A stretch of DNA of 16,973 bases, from contig CAIUDO010000223.1 in NCBI GenBank assembly GCA_903897935.1, positions 1-16,973 of the forward strand, in the 5' to 3' direction. Below, piece after piece: positions 6,529 through 14,532 of this stretch. Positions within the stretch are counted from its first letter, which is position 1, and each line of letters begins with the position of its first letter. Position numbers and translations under genes: made by a program. This stretch comes from an uncultured Pseudomonadota bacterium. GTDB lineage: Bacteria; Myxococcota_A; UBA796; GCA-2862545. The notes under the pieces were generated by a model. That model had not been told where the DNA came from. It searched no databases and saw nothing but the letters and a program-made list of their open reading frames with translations.

Positions 6529-7723
6529 GCTCGTCGTCCTCGCCTTCTCGGGCGGCCTCGACACGTCGTTCCTCGTCCCGTGGCTGCGTGAGCGCCGCGG
6601 CGCCGACGTCGTCACCGTCACCGTCGACACCGGCGGCCTCGACGACGCCGAGCGGGCCACGATCGCGGCGCGTGCGCGCGCCCTCGGCGCGGTCGAGCAC
6701 GTCGTCGTCGACGGCCGCGCCGCCTTCTTCGACGAGACCCTCCGCTTCCTCGTGATGGGCAACGTGCTGCGCGGCCACCTCTACCCGCTGTGCGTCGGCG
6801 CGGAGCGCGGCTTACAAGCGCGGGTGGTCGCCGCGGAGGCGCGGCGCCTCGGGGCCCGTGCGGTGGCCCACGGCAGCACCGCGGCCGGAAACGACCAGGT
6901 CCGGTTCGAGGTCGCGCTGCGCACGCTGGCGCCCGAGCTCGAGATCCTCGCCCCCGTGCGCGACGAGGGGTTCTCCCGCGCCGATGAGGTGTTGTTCCTC
7001 GCCGCCCGAGGGGTGGACTGGCCGTCCGAGCGCGCCGCCTACTCGGTCAACGCTGGCCTGTGGGGGGTCACGATCGGCGGCCGCGAGACGGCGGACACGG
7101 TCGATCCGCTCCCCGAGCACGCCTGGGTGTGGTCGCGCGGCGCCTTCGATCCCCCGGCCCCCCCAGAGCGGCACACGGTCACCTTCAAAGCCGGGGTCCC
7201 GTGCGCGCTCGACGAAGTCGCGATGGACCCGGTGACGCTCGTCACCGCGCTGAACACGCTCGGGGCGAGGTTCGGTGTCGGCAGGGGCATTCACCTCGGC
7301 GACACCATCTTCGGCCTGAAGGGGCGCGTCGCGTTCGAGGCGCCCGCCGCGTCGATCCTGGTGACGGCCCACCGCGAGCTCGAGAAGCTGGTGCTCACGC
7401 AGCGCCAGCAGCGCGTCAAAGACCAGGTCGCCGTCACGTATGGCGATCTGGTGCACGAGGGGCAGGCGCTCGACCCCGTCTGCCGTGACATCGAGGCGCT
7501 GTTCCTGCGCTCCCAGGAGCGGGTCACCGGGCAGGTCTCGGTGTTGTTGCGGCCAGGCGCCCTGTTCGTCGAGGGGGTGTCGTCCCCGTGGTCGCTGCGC
7601 GCGGCCTCGCGCGGGGTGTACGGCGAGGCGGCCGGTGAGTGGACTGGGGCCGACGCCCGTGGCTTCTCGCGACTACAAGCGTTGCCCGGCATGCTCCACG
7701 GCCGGGCGGGAGGCGCACTTTGA
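6521..7723 (+). CDS. argG: Argininosuccinate synthase
   Basis: 400 aa. It carries the PP-loop motif VVLAFSGGLDTS and the conserved AHGSTAAGNDQVRFE. ATG at 6521 is preceded by GGAG and overlaps the argR stop (ATGCCTGA). Confidence 0.92.
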   Translation: MPELVVLAFSGGLDTSFLVPWLRERRGADVVTVTVDTGGLDDAERATIAARARALGAVEHVVVDGRAAFFDETLRFLVMGNVLRGHLYPLCVGAERGLQARVVAAEARRLGARAVAHGSTAAGNDQVRFEVALRTLAPELEILAPVRDEGFSRADEVLFLAARGVDWPSERAAYSVNAGLWGVTIGGRETADTVDPLPEHAWVWSRGAFDPPAPPERHTVTFKAGVPCALDEVAMDPVTLVTALNTLGARFGVGRGIHLGDTIFGLKGRVAFEAPAASILVTAHRELEKLVLTQRQQRVKDQVAVTYGDLVHEGQALDPVCRDIEALFLRSQERVTGQVSVLLRPGALFVEGVSSPWSLRAASRGVYGEAAGEWTGADARGFSRLQALPGMLHGRAGGAL

Positions 7724-8808
7724 GGAAGACGCTCGTCGACAAGATCGGCTCGGTCACCCTGAACTGCCGCCTCTCGCGCGAGGTGTACCTCAGCTCGGAG
7801 ATCCCGGCGATCGAAGGCGGCGTGATCGTCGTACGTGTGCTGACCAGCAAGACCACGTACAATCAGCTCGAGCTCCCCTCCGGCCGCTTGTCCAAGATCA
7901 AGCCAGGGGATATCGTCGCTGGCGCGCTCGGACACCGCAAGGCGCTGTTCGGCTACTCTGGGCGCATGCCCGAGTCCGTCCAGGTAGGCGACCGCGTGAA
8001 CCTGCTGAACACTGGCGGGGTCATCGGGGTGTGCGACAGCGTCAACCCCGACTTCGGCGAGCCGTTCGTGTGTGAGGTGCTGGGCCAGGTGCTCCACTTC
8101 CCCTACCTCGGCGCCCGCGTCGGGGTGCCCGCCCACATCACCCAGGGGGCCATCCCCCTCCGCCCAGCGCTCGACGTCGCGGGAGTGCCCGTGGTCGCGG
8201 TCGTCGGCACCTGTATGAACGCCGGCAAGACCTACGCCGCGTGTGCGCTCGTGCAAGCGTTCGCCCACCGCGGGATGAAGGTCGCAGCGGCCAAGGCGAC
8301 CGGGGTGTCGCTCCGGCGCGACGTGCTCGCGATGGAAGACGCCGGGGCCTCGGCCACGCTCACCTTCACCGACCTGGGCGTGGTGACGACCACCGCCGCC
8401 GAGGCGCCGAACATCGTGCGCACCCAGCTCACCGAGCTCGCGAAGGACAAGCCCGACGTCATCGTGATCGAGCTCGGCGACGGCCTGCTCGGCCTGTACG
8501 GCGTCGACGCGATCCTCGACGATCTCCAGCTCCGCGCGGCGTTCACCGCGATCGTGCTCGCCGCGAACGACCCCGTCGCGGCGTGGGGGGGGGTGCGGCT
8601 GCTCGCCGAGCGCCACGATCTGCCTACGACCGTGGTCACCGGGCCGGCGACCGACAACGCGCCCGGCTCGCGGCTCATCGTGCGGGACACCGGGGTGCCC
8701 GCCCACAACGCACGCACCGACCCCGCCGGGCTCGCCGACGTCGTGCTCGCGCGGATCGGCCTGCGTGCGGACCCCCCGTCGGTCGATGACGAGGCCTGGA
8801 ATGACTGA
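7720..8808 (+). CDS. Uncharacterised conserved protein embedded in the arg operon, with a mid-protein Walker-A-like loop GTCMNAGKT (SIMIBI/BioD/CobQ-like). It may be related to the DUF1611 family. This is the candidate for the missing first step of the pathway
   Basis: 362 aa from TTG at 7720 (MRKTLVDKIG...). GGGAGG lies 6 nt upstream, and the start overlaps the argG stop as TTGA. High GC3 throughout. Its stop overlaps the argC start (ATGACTGA). The family assignment comes from memory of motif layout, not from a search. Confidence 0.75.
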   Translation: MRKTLVDKIGSVTLNCRLSREVYLSSEIPAIEGGVIVVRVLTSKTTYNQLELPSGRLSKIKPGDIVAGALGHRKALFGYSGRMPESVQVGDRVNLLNTGGVIGVCDSVNPDFGEPFVCEVLGQVLHFPYLGARVGVPAHITQGAIPLRPALDVAGVPVVAVVGTCMNAGKTYAACALVQAFAHRGMKVAAAKATGVSLRRDVLAMEDAGASATLTFTDLGVVTTTAAEAPNIVRTQLTELAKDKPDVIVIELGDGLLGLYGVDAILDDLQLRAAFTAIVLAANDPVAAWGGVRLLAERHDLPTTVVTGPATDNAPGSRLIVRDTGVPAHNARTDPAGLADVVLARIGLRADPPSVDDEAWND

Positions 8809-9865
8809 CGCCGTCCCGGTCGTGGTGCTCGGGGGCACCGGGTACGTCTCGGGTGAGCTGCTGCGCCTGCTCGCCGGGCACCCCTCCCTGCGCGTGGCGG
8901 CGGTGGTGTCGACCTCGCACGCGGGCGCGCCGGTCACGGCCTCCTTCCCCCACCTCGCGGGGTGTGGCCTCGACGGGCTCGTGTTCTCCGAGCCCTCCGC
9001 GCTGGCCCACCTCGTCCGGTCAGGTGGGCGCCTCGCGGTGTTCGCGGCCACCCCGCACGGCGCGACCGCCCCCTTGGTCGACGGGCTGCTTGGCGAGGCG
9101 GAGGCCGCCGGCACCGAGGCGCACGTCGTCGATCTGTCGGCGGACTTCCGATTCTCGGATCCGACACGGTTCGCCGCGGTCTACGGCTCGCCGCACGCCG
9201 CCCCCCACCGGCTCGCCGCGTTCTCACGCGGCGTCCCCGAGCACGTCACCGGACCGGTCGGGCCGCACGCGGCGCAGCCGGGGTGCTTCGTCACTGCGGC
9301 GGTGCTCGCCGCGTACCCGGCGTTCGCCCTCGGTATCGTCGAGCCGGACGTCTTCGTCTCCGGGGTCACCGGCAGCTCCGGCAGCGGGCGCACACCCGCC
9401 GCGAACACCCACCACCCCGAGCGGCGCAGCACGCTGTACGCCTACGCGCCCCTCAACCACCGCCACGAAGCCGAGATGCGCTCCTTGCTCGGCGTCGCCG
9501 CCGGAGGCGAGCCCGACGTCGCGTTCGTGCCACACTCGGGGCCGTTCGTGCGCGGCATCCACGCCACGTTGCGGCTCTCCCTGACCGCCCCCCGTCAGAC
9601 GGACGAGATCCTGGCCGCGTACCAGGTGTTCTACAGCGGAGCCCGGTTCGTCGACGTCGCCGCGGCGCCGCCGAAGCTCACCGACGTGGTGGGGACCAAC
9701 CGCGCGCGGATCGGGGTGACCGCGCGCGGGCGCGTGCTCGTCGTCACCTGCGTGATCGACAACCTCGTCAAAGGGTCCGCCGGGGGCGGGATCCAATGGA
9801 TGAACCGTCTGCTCGGGCTGCCAGAGGCGGCAGGGCTGACCCAACCTGGGCTCGGGTACCTCTGA
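8801..9865 (+). CDS. argC: N-acetyl-gamma-glutamyl-phosphate reductase
   Basis: It has the N-terminal NAD(P)-binding motif VVVLGGTGYVSGELLRLLAGHP and the active-site Cys motif PGCFVTAAVLA. ATG at 8801 is preceded by GAGG. An alternative in-frame ATG at 8786 has no RBS. Confidence 0.88.
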   Translation: MTDAVPVVVLGGTGYVSGELLRLLAGHPSLRVAAVVSTSHAGAPVTASFPHLAGCGLDGLVFSEPSALAHLVRSGGRLAVFAATPHGATAPLVDGLLGEAEAAGTEAHVVDLSADFRFSDPTRFAAVYGSPHAAPHRLAAFSRGVPEHVTGPVGPHAAQPGCFVTAAVLAAYPAFALGIVEPDVFVSGVTGSSGSGRTPAANTHHPERRSTLYAYAPLNHRHEAEMRSLLGVAAGGEPDVAFVPHSGPFVRGIHATLRLSLTAPRQTDEILAAYQVFYSGARFVDVAAAPPKLTDVVGTNRARIGVTARGRVLVVTCVIDNLVKGSAGGGIQWMNRLLGLPEAAGLTQPGLGYL

Positions 9866-10995
9866 TGACTGCGCTGCTCGACGTCTACCACCAGCTCCCG
9901 ATCGAGCCCGTGCGGGGCGAGGGCGTCTACCTCTACGACGCCGACGGCAAGCGGTACCTCGACGCCTACGGCGGCCACGCGGTGGCGCTGCTCGGGTACG
10001 ATCACCCCCGCCTCGTCGCGGCCCTGCACACCCAGGCGCGCGCGCTGTTCTTCCAGAGCAACGTGGTCCCGCTGACGATCCGGGAGCGCGCCGCCGAGCG
10101 GCTGCTCGCGTTCGGGCCCCCCGGGCTCGAGCGGGTGTTCTTCAGCAACTCGGGCGCCGAAGCCAACGAGAACGCGCTGCGGGTCGCGTTCGCGGCCACC
10201 GGGCGCCGCGAGGTCGTCGCGGTCGAAGGCGCCTTCCACGGGCGCACGGCCGCCGCTGCCGCCGTGACGGCCGGGAGCGACGGCTGGTACGGGTTCCCGC
10301 GCGCCCCGTTCGACGTCCGCTGGGTCCCGTTCGACGACGTCGACGCGCTCACCGCGGCCGTCGGCCCACAGACCGCCGCCCTGATCGTCGAGCCCGTGCA
10401 AGGCGTCGCCGGGGCCCGGGATCTGTCGACCGCGTGGATGCTCGCCGCGCGTCGCGTGACCGAGCAGGCCGGCGCTGCGCTGATCCTCGACGAGGTGCAG
10501 TGCGGGATGGGGCGCACCGGGTACCCGTTCGCGGCGCAGGCGCACGGGGTCACCCCCGACATCCTGACCACCGCCAAGGGCCTCGGCGGCGGCTTCCCGT
10601 GCGCCGCGACGATGTTCTCGGGCGCGCTCGCCAGCACCCTGCGTAAGGGGGACCTCGGCACCACCTTCGGGGGGGGCCCCCTCGCGGCGGCGATGATCGA
10701 GGTCGTCATCGACACCATCGAGCGCGACGGCTTGCTCGCGAACGTGCGGCGTTTGTCCAATCGTCTGCGCGAGGAGGCCATCGGGGGGTGCGTGACTGGG
10801 GCCCAGGGCATGGGGTTCTTGCTCGGGCTGCGTGTCGACCGGCCGGCCCGCGAGGTGCTCGCCGCCTTACGCGACGCCGGCGTGCTGGCCGGCAGCGCCG
10901 GCGACCCGTCCATCGTCCGCCTGCTGCCGCCGCTCGTGCTCGACGACGGCCATGTCGACGCCATCATCGCCGCCCTGCGTGGAGCCTCATCGTGA
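9865..10995 (+). CDS. argD: Acetylornithine aminotransferase (class III PLP aminotransferase)
   Basis: Motifs LDEVQCGMGRTG and the PLP lysine in TTAKGLGGGFP. ATG at 9865 overlaps the argC TGA (TGATG). Confidence 0.9.
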   Translation: MTALLDVYHQLPIEPVRGEGVYLYDADGKRYLDAYGGHAVALLGYDHPRLVAALHTQARALFFQSNVVPLTIRERAAERLLAFGPPGLERVFFSNSGAEANENALRVAFAATGRREVVAVEGAFHGRTAAAAAVTAGSDGWYGFPRAPFDVRWVPFDDVDALTAAVGPQTAALIVEPVQGVAGARDLSTAWMLAARRVTEQAGAALILDEVQCGMGRTGYPFAAQAHGVTPDILTTAKGLGGGFPCAATMFSGALASTLRKGDLGTTFGGGPLAAAMIEVVIDTIERDGLLANVRRLSNRLREEAIGGCVTGAQGMGFLLGLRVDRPAREVLAALRDAGVLAGSAGDPSIVRLLPPLVLDDGHVDAIIAALRGASS

Positions 10996-12002
10996 AGCGT
11001 TTCCTCGACCTCGACGACCTCACCGACGACCGCCTGCAGGCCGTGCTGCGCCGCGCCGCCGCGCTCGAGCGCGCCCCGATCACCGACGATCTGCGCGGCA
11101 AGACGATCGGCCTGCTGTTCATGAACCCCTCCCTGCGCACCCTGGCGTCGATGCAAGCCGGCGCACAGCAGCTCGGCGGCTCCACGTTCGTCATCACGCC
11201 CGGACAAGGCTCGTGGACGCTCGAGACGCGCGACAGCGTCGTGATGGACGGCGACGCGGTCGAGCACGTGCGGGAGGCCATCCCGGTGCTCGCGCAGTAC
11301 GCCGATGCGCTCGGGGTGCGCTGCTTCGCGAAGGGCAAGGACCTCGACGAGGACCTCGCGGACGGCCTGATCCGCCAGATGGCCGACCTGTGCCCGAAGC
11401 CGTTCATCAACCTCGAGTCTGCGCTGGCCCACCCCTGCCAGGCGCTGGCCGACTGGAAGACCCTGGAGGACCTCGACGTGCCGCGGCATGGGGGCCGCTT
11501 CGTGTTGTCGTGGGCCTACCACCCGAAGGCGCTGGCGCTCGCGGTGCCCACCGCCGCGCTCACCATGGCGGCCCGCCGCGGCATGGACGTCACCGTGCTG
11601 CACCCCGAGGGGTACGACCTGCCCGACCCGGTGCTGGGCAAGGCCCGCGCGCTCGCCGCGTCGTCCGGAGGCAGCGTCACCGTGTCGCATGATCGGCGTC
11701 AGGCCCTCGACGGGGCGCACGTCGTGTACTGCAAGAGCTGGGGGGCCCCCCAGCACTACGGGCGCCCCGACGACGAAGCCGTGCTGCGCCGTGAGCTGCG
11801 CGACTGGTGCGTCCAGGAGTCCTGGTTCGGCCCAGCCCGGCCGGACGCAAGGTTCATGCATTGCTTGCCGGTGCGTCGCAACGTGAAGGTCGCCGACGAG
11901 GTGCTGGACGGCCCCCGCAGCGTCGTCGTGCAGCAAGCGGGCAACCGGCTGCACGCGCAGAAGGCCCTGATGATCGAGCTGTTGACGGAAGGAGGCGCCT
12001 GA
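10992..12002 (+). CDS. argF': N-acetylornithine (N-acyl-ornithine) carbamoyltransferase, ArgF'-type. It belongs to the Xanthomonas/Bacteroides AOTCase/SOTCase family rather than classical OTCase
   Basis: GTG at 10992 overlaps the argD stop (GTGA). Several blocks match the Xanthomonas campestris AOTCase sequence as I remember it: LRGKTIGLLFMNPSLRTLASMQAGAQQLGG, VMDGDAVEHVREAIPVLAQYADALGVRCF, INLESALAHPCQALADW and FMHCLP. A Glu sits in the WTLET segment at the position thought to select acetyl over succinyl. That alignment is made by eye. Confidence 0.85.
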   Translation: MKRFLDLDDLTDDRLQAVLRRAAALERAPITDDLRGKTIGLLFMNPSLRTLASMQAGAQQLGGSTFVITPGQGSWTLETRDSVVMDGDAVEHVREAIPVLAQYADALGVRCFAKGKDLDEDLADGLIRQMADLCPKPFINLESALAHPCQALADWKTLEDLDVPRHGGRFVLSWAYHPKALALAVPTAALTMAARRGMDVTVLHPEGYDLPDPVLGKARALAASSGGSVTVSHDRRQALDGAHVVYCKSWGAPQHYGRPDDEAVLRRELRDWCVQESWFGPARPDARFMHCLPVRRNVKVADEVLDGPRSVVVQQAGNRLHAQKALMIELLTEGGA

Positions 12003-12934
12003 TGACCCCAATGGATCGCGAATCTTCGATGATGGCGCTCGTGCGCACCCTCCCCTACGTACGGCTGTACCAGGGCAAGACCTTCGTGGTGAAGCTCGGG
12101 GGGAGCCTCAACCACGACCCCGCCGCCCTCCGCGCGACGATCGAGCAAGTGGGCACCCTGCTCGGCTTCGGCATCCGGGTGATCCTCGTGCACGGCGGCG
12201 GCCCGCAGGCAACGGCGCTCGCCGAGAAGCTCGGCATCTCGACCCCGTTCGTAGATGGTCGCCGAGTCACCTCCAAGGACGCCCTGGGGGCGGTCGTCAT
12301 GGCCATCAACGGCACCGTCTCCACGCAGATCCTCGCCGAGTGTCGCCGCGCCGGGGTGCCTGCGATCGGCCTGTCCGGGGTCGACGCCGCGCTGATCAAG
12401 GCGCGGCACCGCCCCCCCGTCACCCGCACCACCCCAGAGGGGGAGATCAACGTCGATTACGGCGAGGTCGGCTACGTCGCGTCGGTCCAGGCCGACGTGC
12501 TCGAGCGGCTGATCGGCGCCGGATTCACCCCCGTCGTCAGCCCGGTCGCCGCCGACGACGCCGGCCGGGTGCTCAACATCAACGCGGACACCGTCGCCGC
12601 GACGATCGCGGCCGCGGTCGGGGCGACGAAGCTGTTGTTCCTCACCGACGCGCCAGGCATCTTGGGGGATCGCGCCGACCCCGGGTCGCTCATCAGCTAC
12701 GTCGACCTCGCCGGGCTAGAGCGGCTGGAGGCGTCGGGCGCGGTTGCGGGTGGCATGTTGCCGAAGGTAAACGCCGCGCGGGCCGCGCTCGCCGCCGGGG
12801 TGCCGCGCGTACACATCGTCGGCCACGGCGGAAAGGGCGCGTTGCTCGCTGAGGTGTTCACGAACGAAGGCGCCGGGACGCTCATCGTCCGGGACACGTC
12901 CGAGCTGCAGCCGTCCGAGCTCGTGGAGGGGTGA
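12002..12934 (+). CDS. argB: N-acetylglutamate kinase
   Basis: 310 aa. Motifs VVKLGGS, NINADT and GGMLPK. ATG at 12002 is preceded by GGAGG with a 6-nt spacer and overlaps the argF' TGA. Confidence 0.9.
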   Translation: MTPMDRESSMMALVRTLPYVRLYQGKTFVVKLGGSLNHDPAALRATIEQVGTLLGFGIRVILVHGGGPQATALAEKLGISTPFVDGRRVTSKDALGAVVMAINGTVSTQILAECRRAGVPAIGLSGVDAALIKARHRPPVTRTTPEGEINVDYGEVGYVASVQADVLERLIGAGFTPVVSPVAADDAGRVLNINADTVAATIAAAVGATKLLFLTDAPGILGDRADPGSLISYVDLAGLERLEASGAVAGGMLPKVNAARAALAAGVPRVHIVGHGGKGALLAEVFTNEGAGTLIVRDTSELQPSELVEG

Positions 12935-14050
12935 TGGACGACCACGCGCTGCTCGAGTTCCACCGCGCGCTCGTCGCGACGCCGTCGGTCAGCGGCGACG
13001 AGGCCGCCGCGGCCGCGCTCGTCGCCGACACCCTCGCCGCGCGCGGCTGGCCGTCGACCCGGGTGGGCAACAACCTGTACGCGGTCGCCGGGTCGTCGGG
13101 GCCGGTGCTCTGCCTCAGCACCCACCTCGACACCGTGCCCCCCCTCCCCCCGGTGGACGCGCGATCCGTACGACGTCTCCGTAGTGGATGGCAAGGTGTA
13201 CGGGCTCGGCAGCAACGACGCCAAAGCGTCCGCGGCCGCGATGACCGCGGCGTTCGTACGCGTCGCCACCGACGCCGACGCCCTCAACGTGCGGGTGATG
13301 TTGGCGTTCACCGCCGAAGAAGAGACGCGCTGCGAGGGTTCGGAGATCCTGGTCGCGGCGCTCGGCGCGGTCGGCCTGACGCCCTCTGCCGTGATCGTCG
13401 GGGAGCCCACCGGGCTCGACGTCTCGATCGCGCAGAAGGGCCTCCTCGTGCTGGAGCTGGTCGCGAAGGGAGACGCTTGCCACGCGGCCCACGGGCGCGC
13501 GCTCGGCGCCCGCAACGCCATCCACGCGCTCGCGCGTGACCTCGTGGCGTTGGAGCAGGTCGATCTCGGCGGCGACCACCCGTCCCTCGGGCCCGTGACG
13601 GCCGAGCCGACGGTGGTTCAGGCAGGCACCGCGCGCAACATGGTGCCCGGCGAGGCCCGCTGCGTCATCGACGTGCGGGTCAACCCCTCACCGCCCCCCG
13701 GCGCGATCGCGGCGCGCATCGCGGCGGCGATCGAGGGGGAGGTCCGTGTGCTGTCCGATCGCCTGATCCCGTGCGAGATCGACGCGGATCACCCGCTCGT
13801 GAAGGCCGCGTTAACGGCGCGCCCCAGCGCAAAGGTGCTGGGGACGCGCGGGGTGAGCGACCTCGTGTTTTGGTCCCGGGCGGCGCCGGGCATCAAGGTG
13901 GGGCCGGGCCGCACCGAGCGCTCGCACACCCCCGACGAGTACGTGCTGGAGTCCGAGATCCTCGACGGCGTCGCGTTCTACGAGGCCACGCTGCGCGCGC
14001 TCGCCGCCGCCGGCCCCCTTCACCGAGGCCGAACCTCCACCGAGCAGTGA
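12934..14050 (+). CDS. argE: Acetylornithine deacetylase / M20-family deacylase (ArgE-like). It is interrupted by a frameshift in a C7-T-C6 homopolymer tract at 13138-13151, so this is either a pseudogene or a homopolymer sequencing error
   Basis: The N-terminal part in frame 1 contains the M20 motif LCLSTHLDTVPP. After the poly-C tract the M20 sequence continues in frame 2 (RDPYDVSVVDGKVYGLGSNDAKAS...). Deleting one C from the first run gives VPPSPRWTRDPYDV, which restores the expected Trp and the DPY motif. ATG at 12934 overlaps the argB TGA (TGATG). TGA stop at 14048-14050. Confidence 0.78.
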
Positions 14051-14532
14051 TCGCCGCCCTCGGCCATCTGGATCGCGTAGCGCTCGCCGAGCCAGCGATC
14101 GACGCGCGCCGTCGGCATGTCCCGGGTCGACGACGGCTCGCCAAAGGTGCGCACCAGGTCGGCCCGCCGCCGCTCGCAGCCGTCGAACCCGAACGAGAGC
14201 TCGATGCGGGCGACGACGTCGCCGCCCACCGTGACGATCCCGTACAAACGCTCCCCGTCGACCCCGGATGGACCCAGCACGTAGGTGTTCGGCTCGGTCG
14301 GGGACGGCTCGATCGGCCACGACGCCGCCACGCCCACCACCGACGCCCCAACCAGGAACGGCGTCGCGGGGGGCGTCACGCGCGGGGAGACCCACCCCTC
14401 GGGCAGGCCCGGCGCCGCGTCCACCGCCCGGTTCGGGTTGGGGCCCGCCGCGCCGCGCCGCGGCTGCGGGGCAGCCGCCGGCGGAGCCGGCTCGGGAGCC
14501 CCCGCGCACGCCCACAGCGCCGTCACCCACAC
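14020..14532 (-). CDS. Hypothetical 170-aa protein with an N-terminal LWAC segment and an Ala/Pro-rich linker. It lies immediately downstream of the large repeat protein on the same strand, and its 3' end overlaps the end of argE convergently
   Basis: GC3 is high across the ORF. GTG start at 14532, TGA stop at 14020-14022. A signal peptide is doubtful because the n-region has no basic residue and the h-region is short. Confidence 0.45.
   Translation of the reverse strand: MWVTALWACAGAPEPAPPAAAPQPRRGAAGPNPNRAVDAAPGLPEGWVSPRVTPPATPFLVGASVVGVAASWPIEPSPTEPNTYVLGPSGVDGERLYGIVTVGGDVVARIELSFGFDGCERRRADLVRTFGEPSSTRDMPTARVDRWLGERYAIQMAEGGDHCSVEVRPR

Noticed and set aside
5121-6755. Taking the full 544-aa ORF as one gene
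   Set aside because: Beyond about 5960 the translation is Arg/Pro-rich junk. It would also run through the AT-rich operator and overlap argR and argG, both of which are unambiguous.
7291-9114. Minus-strand ORF of 607 aa
   Set aside because: It is antisense to argG, X and argC. The composition is Arg/Gly/Pro-rich junk.
10002-12011. Minus-strand ORF of 669 aa
   Set aside because: It is antisense to argD and argF', which carry clear motif-level identities on the plus strand.
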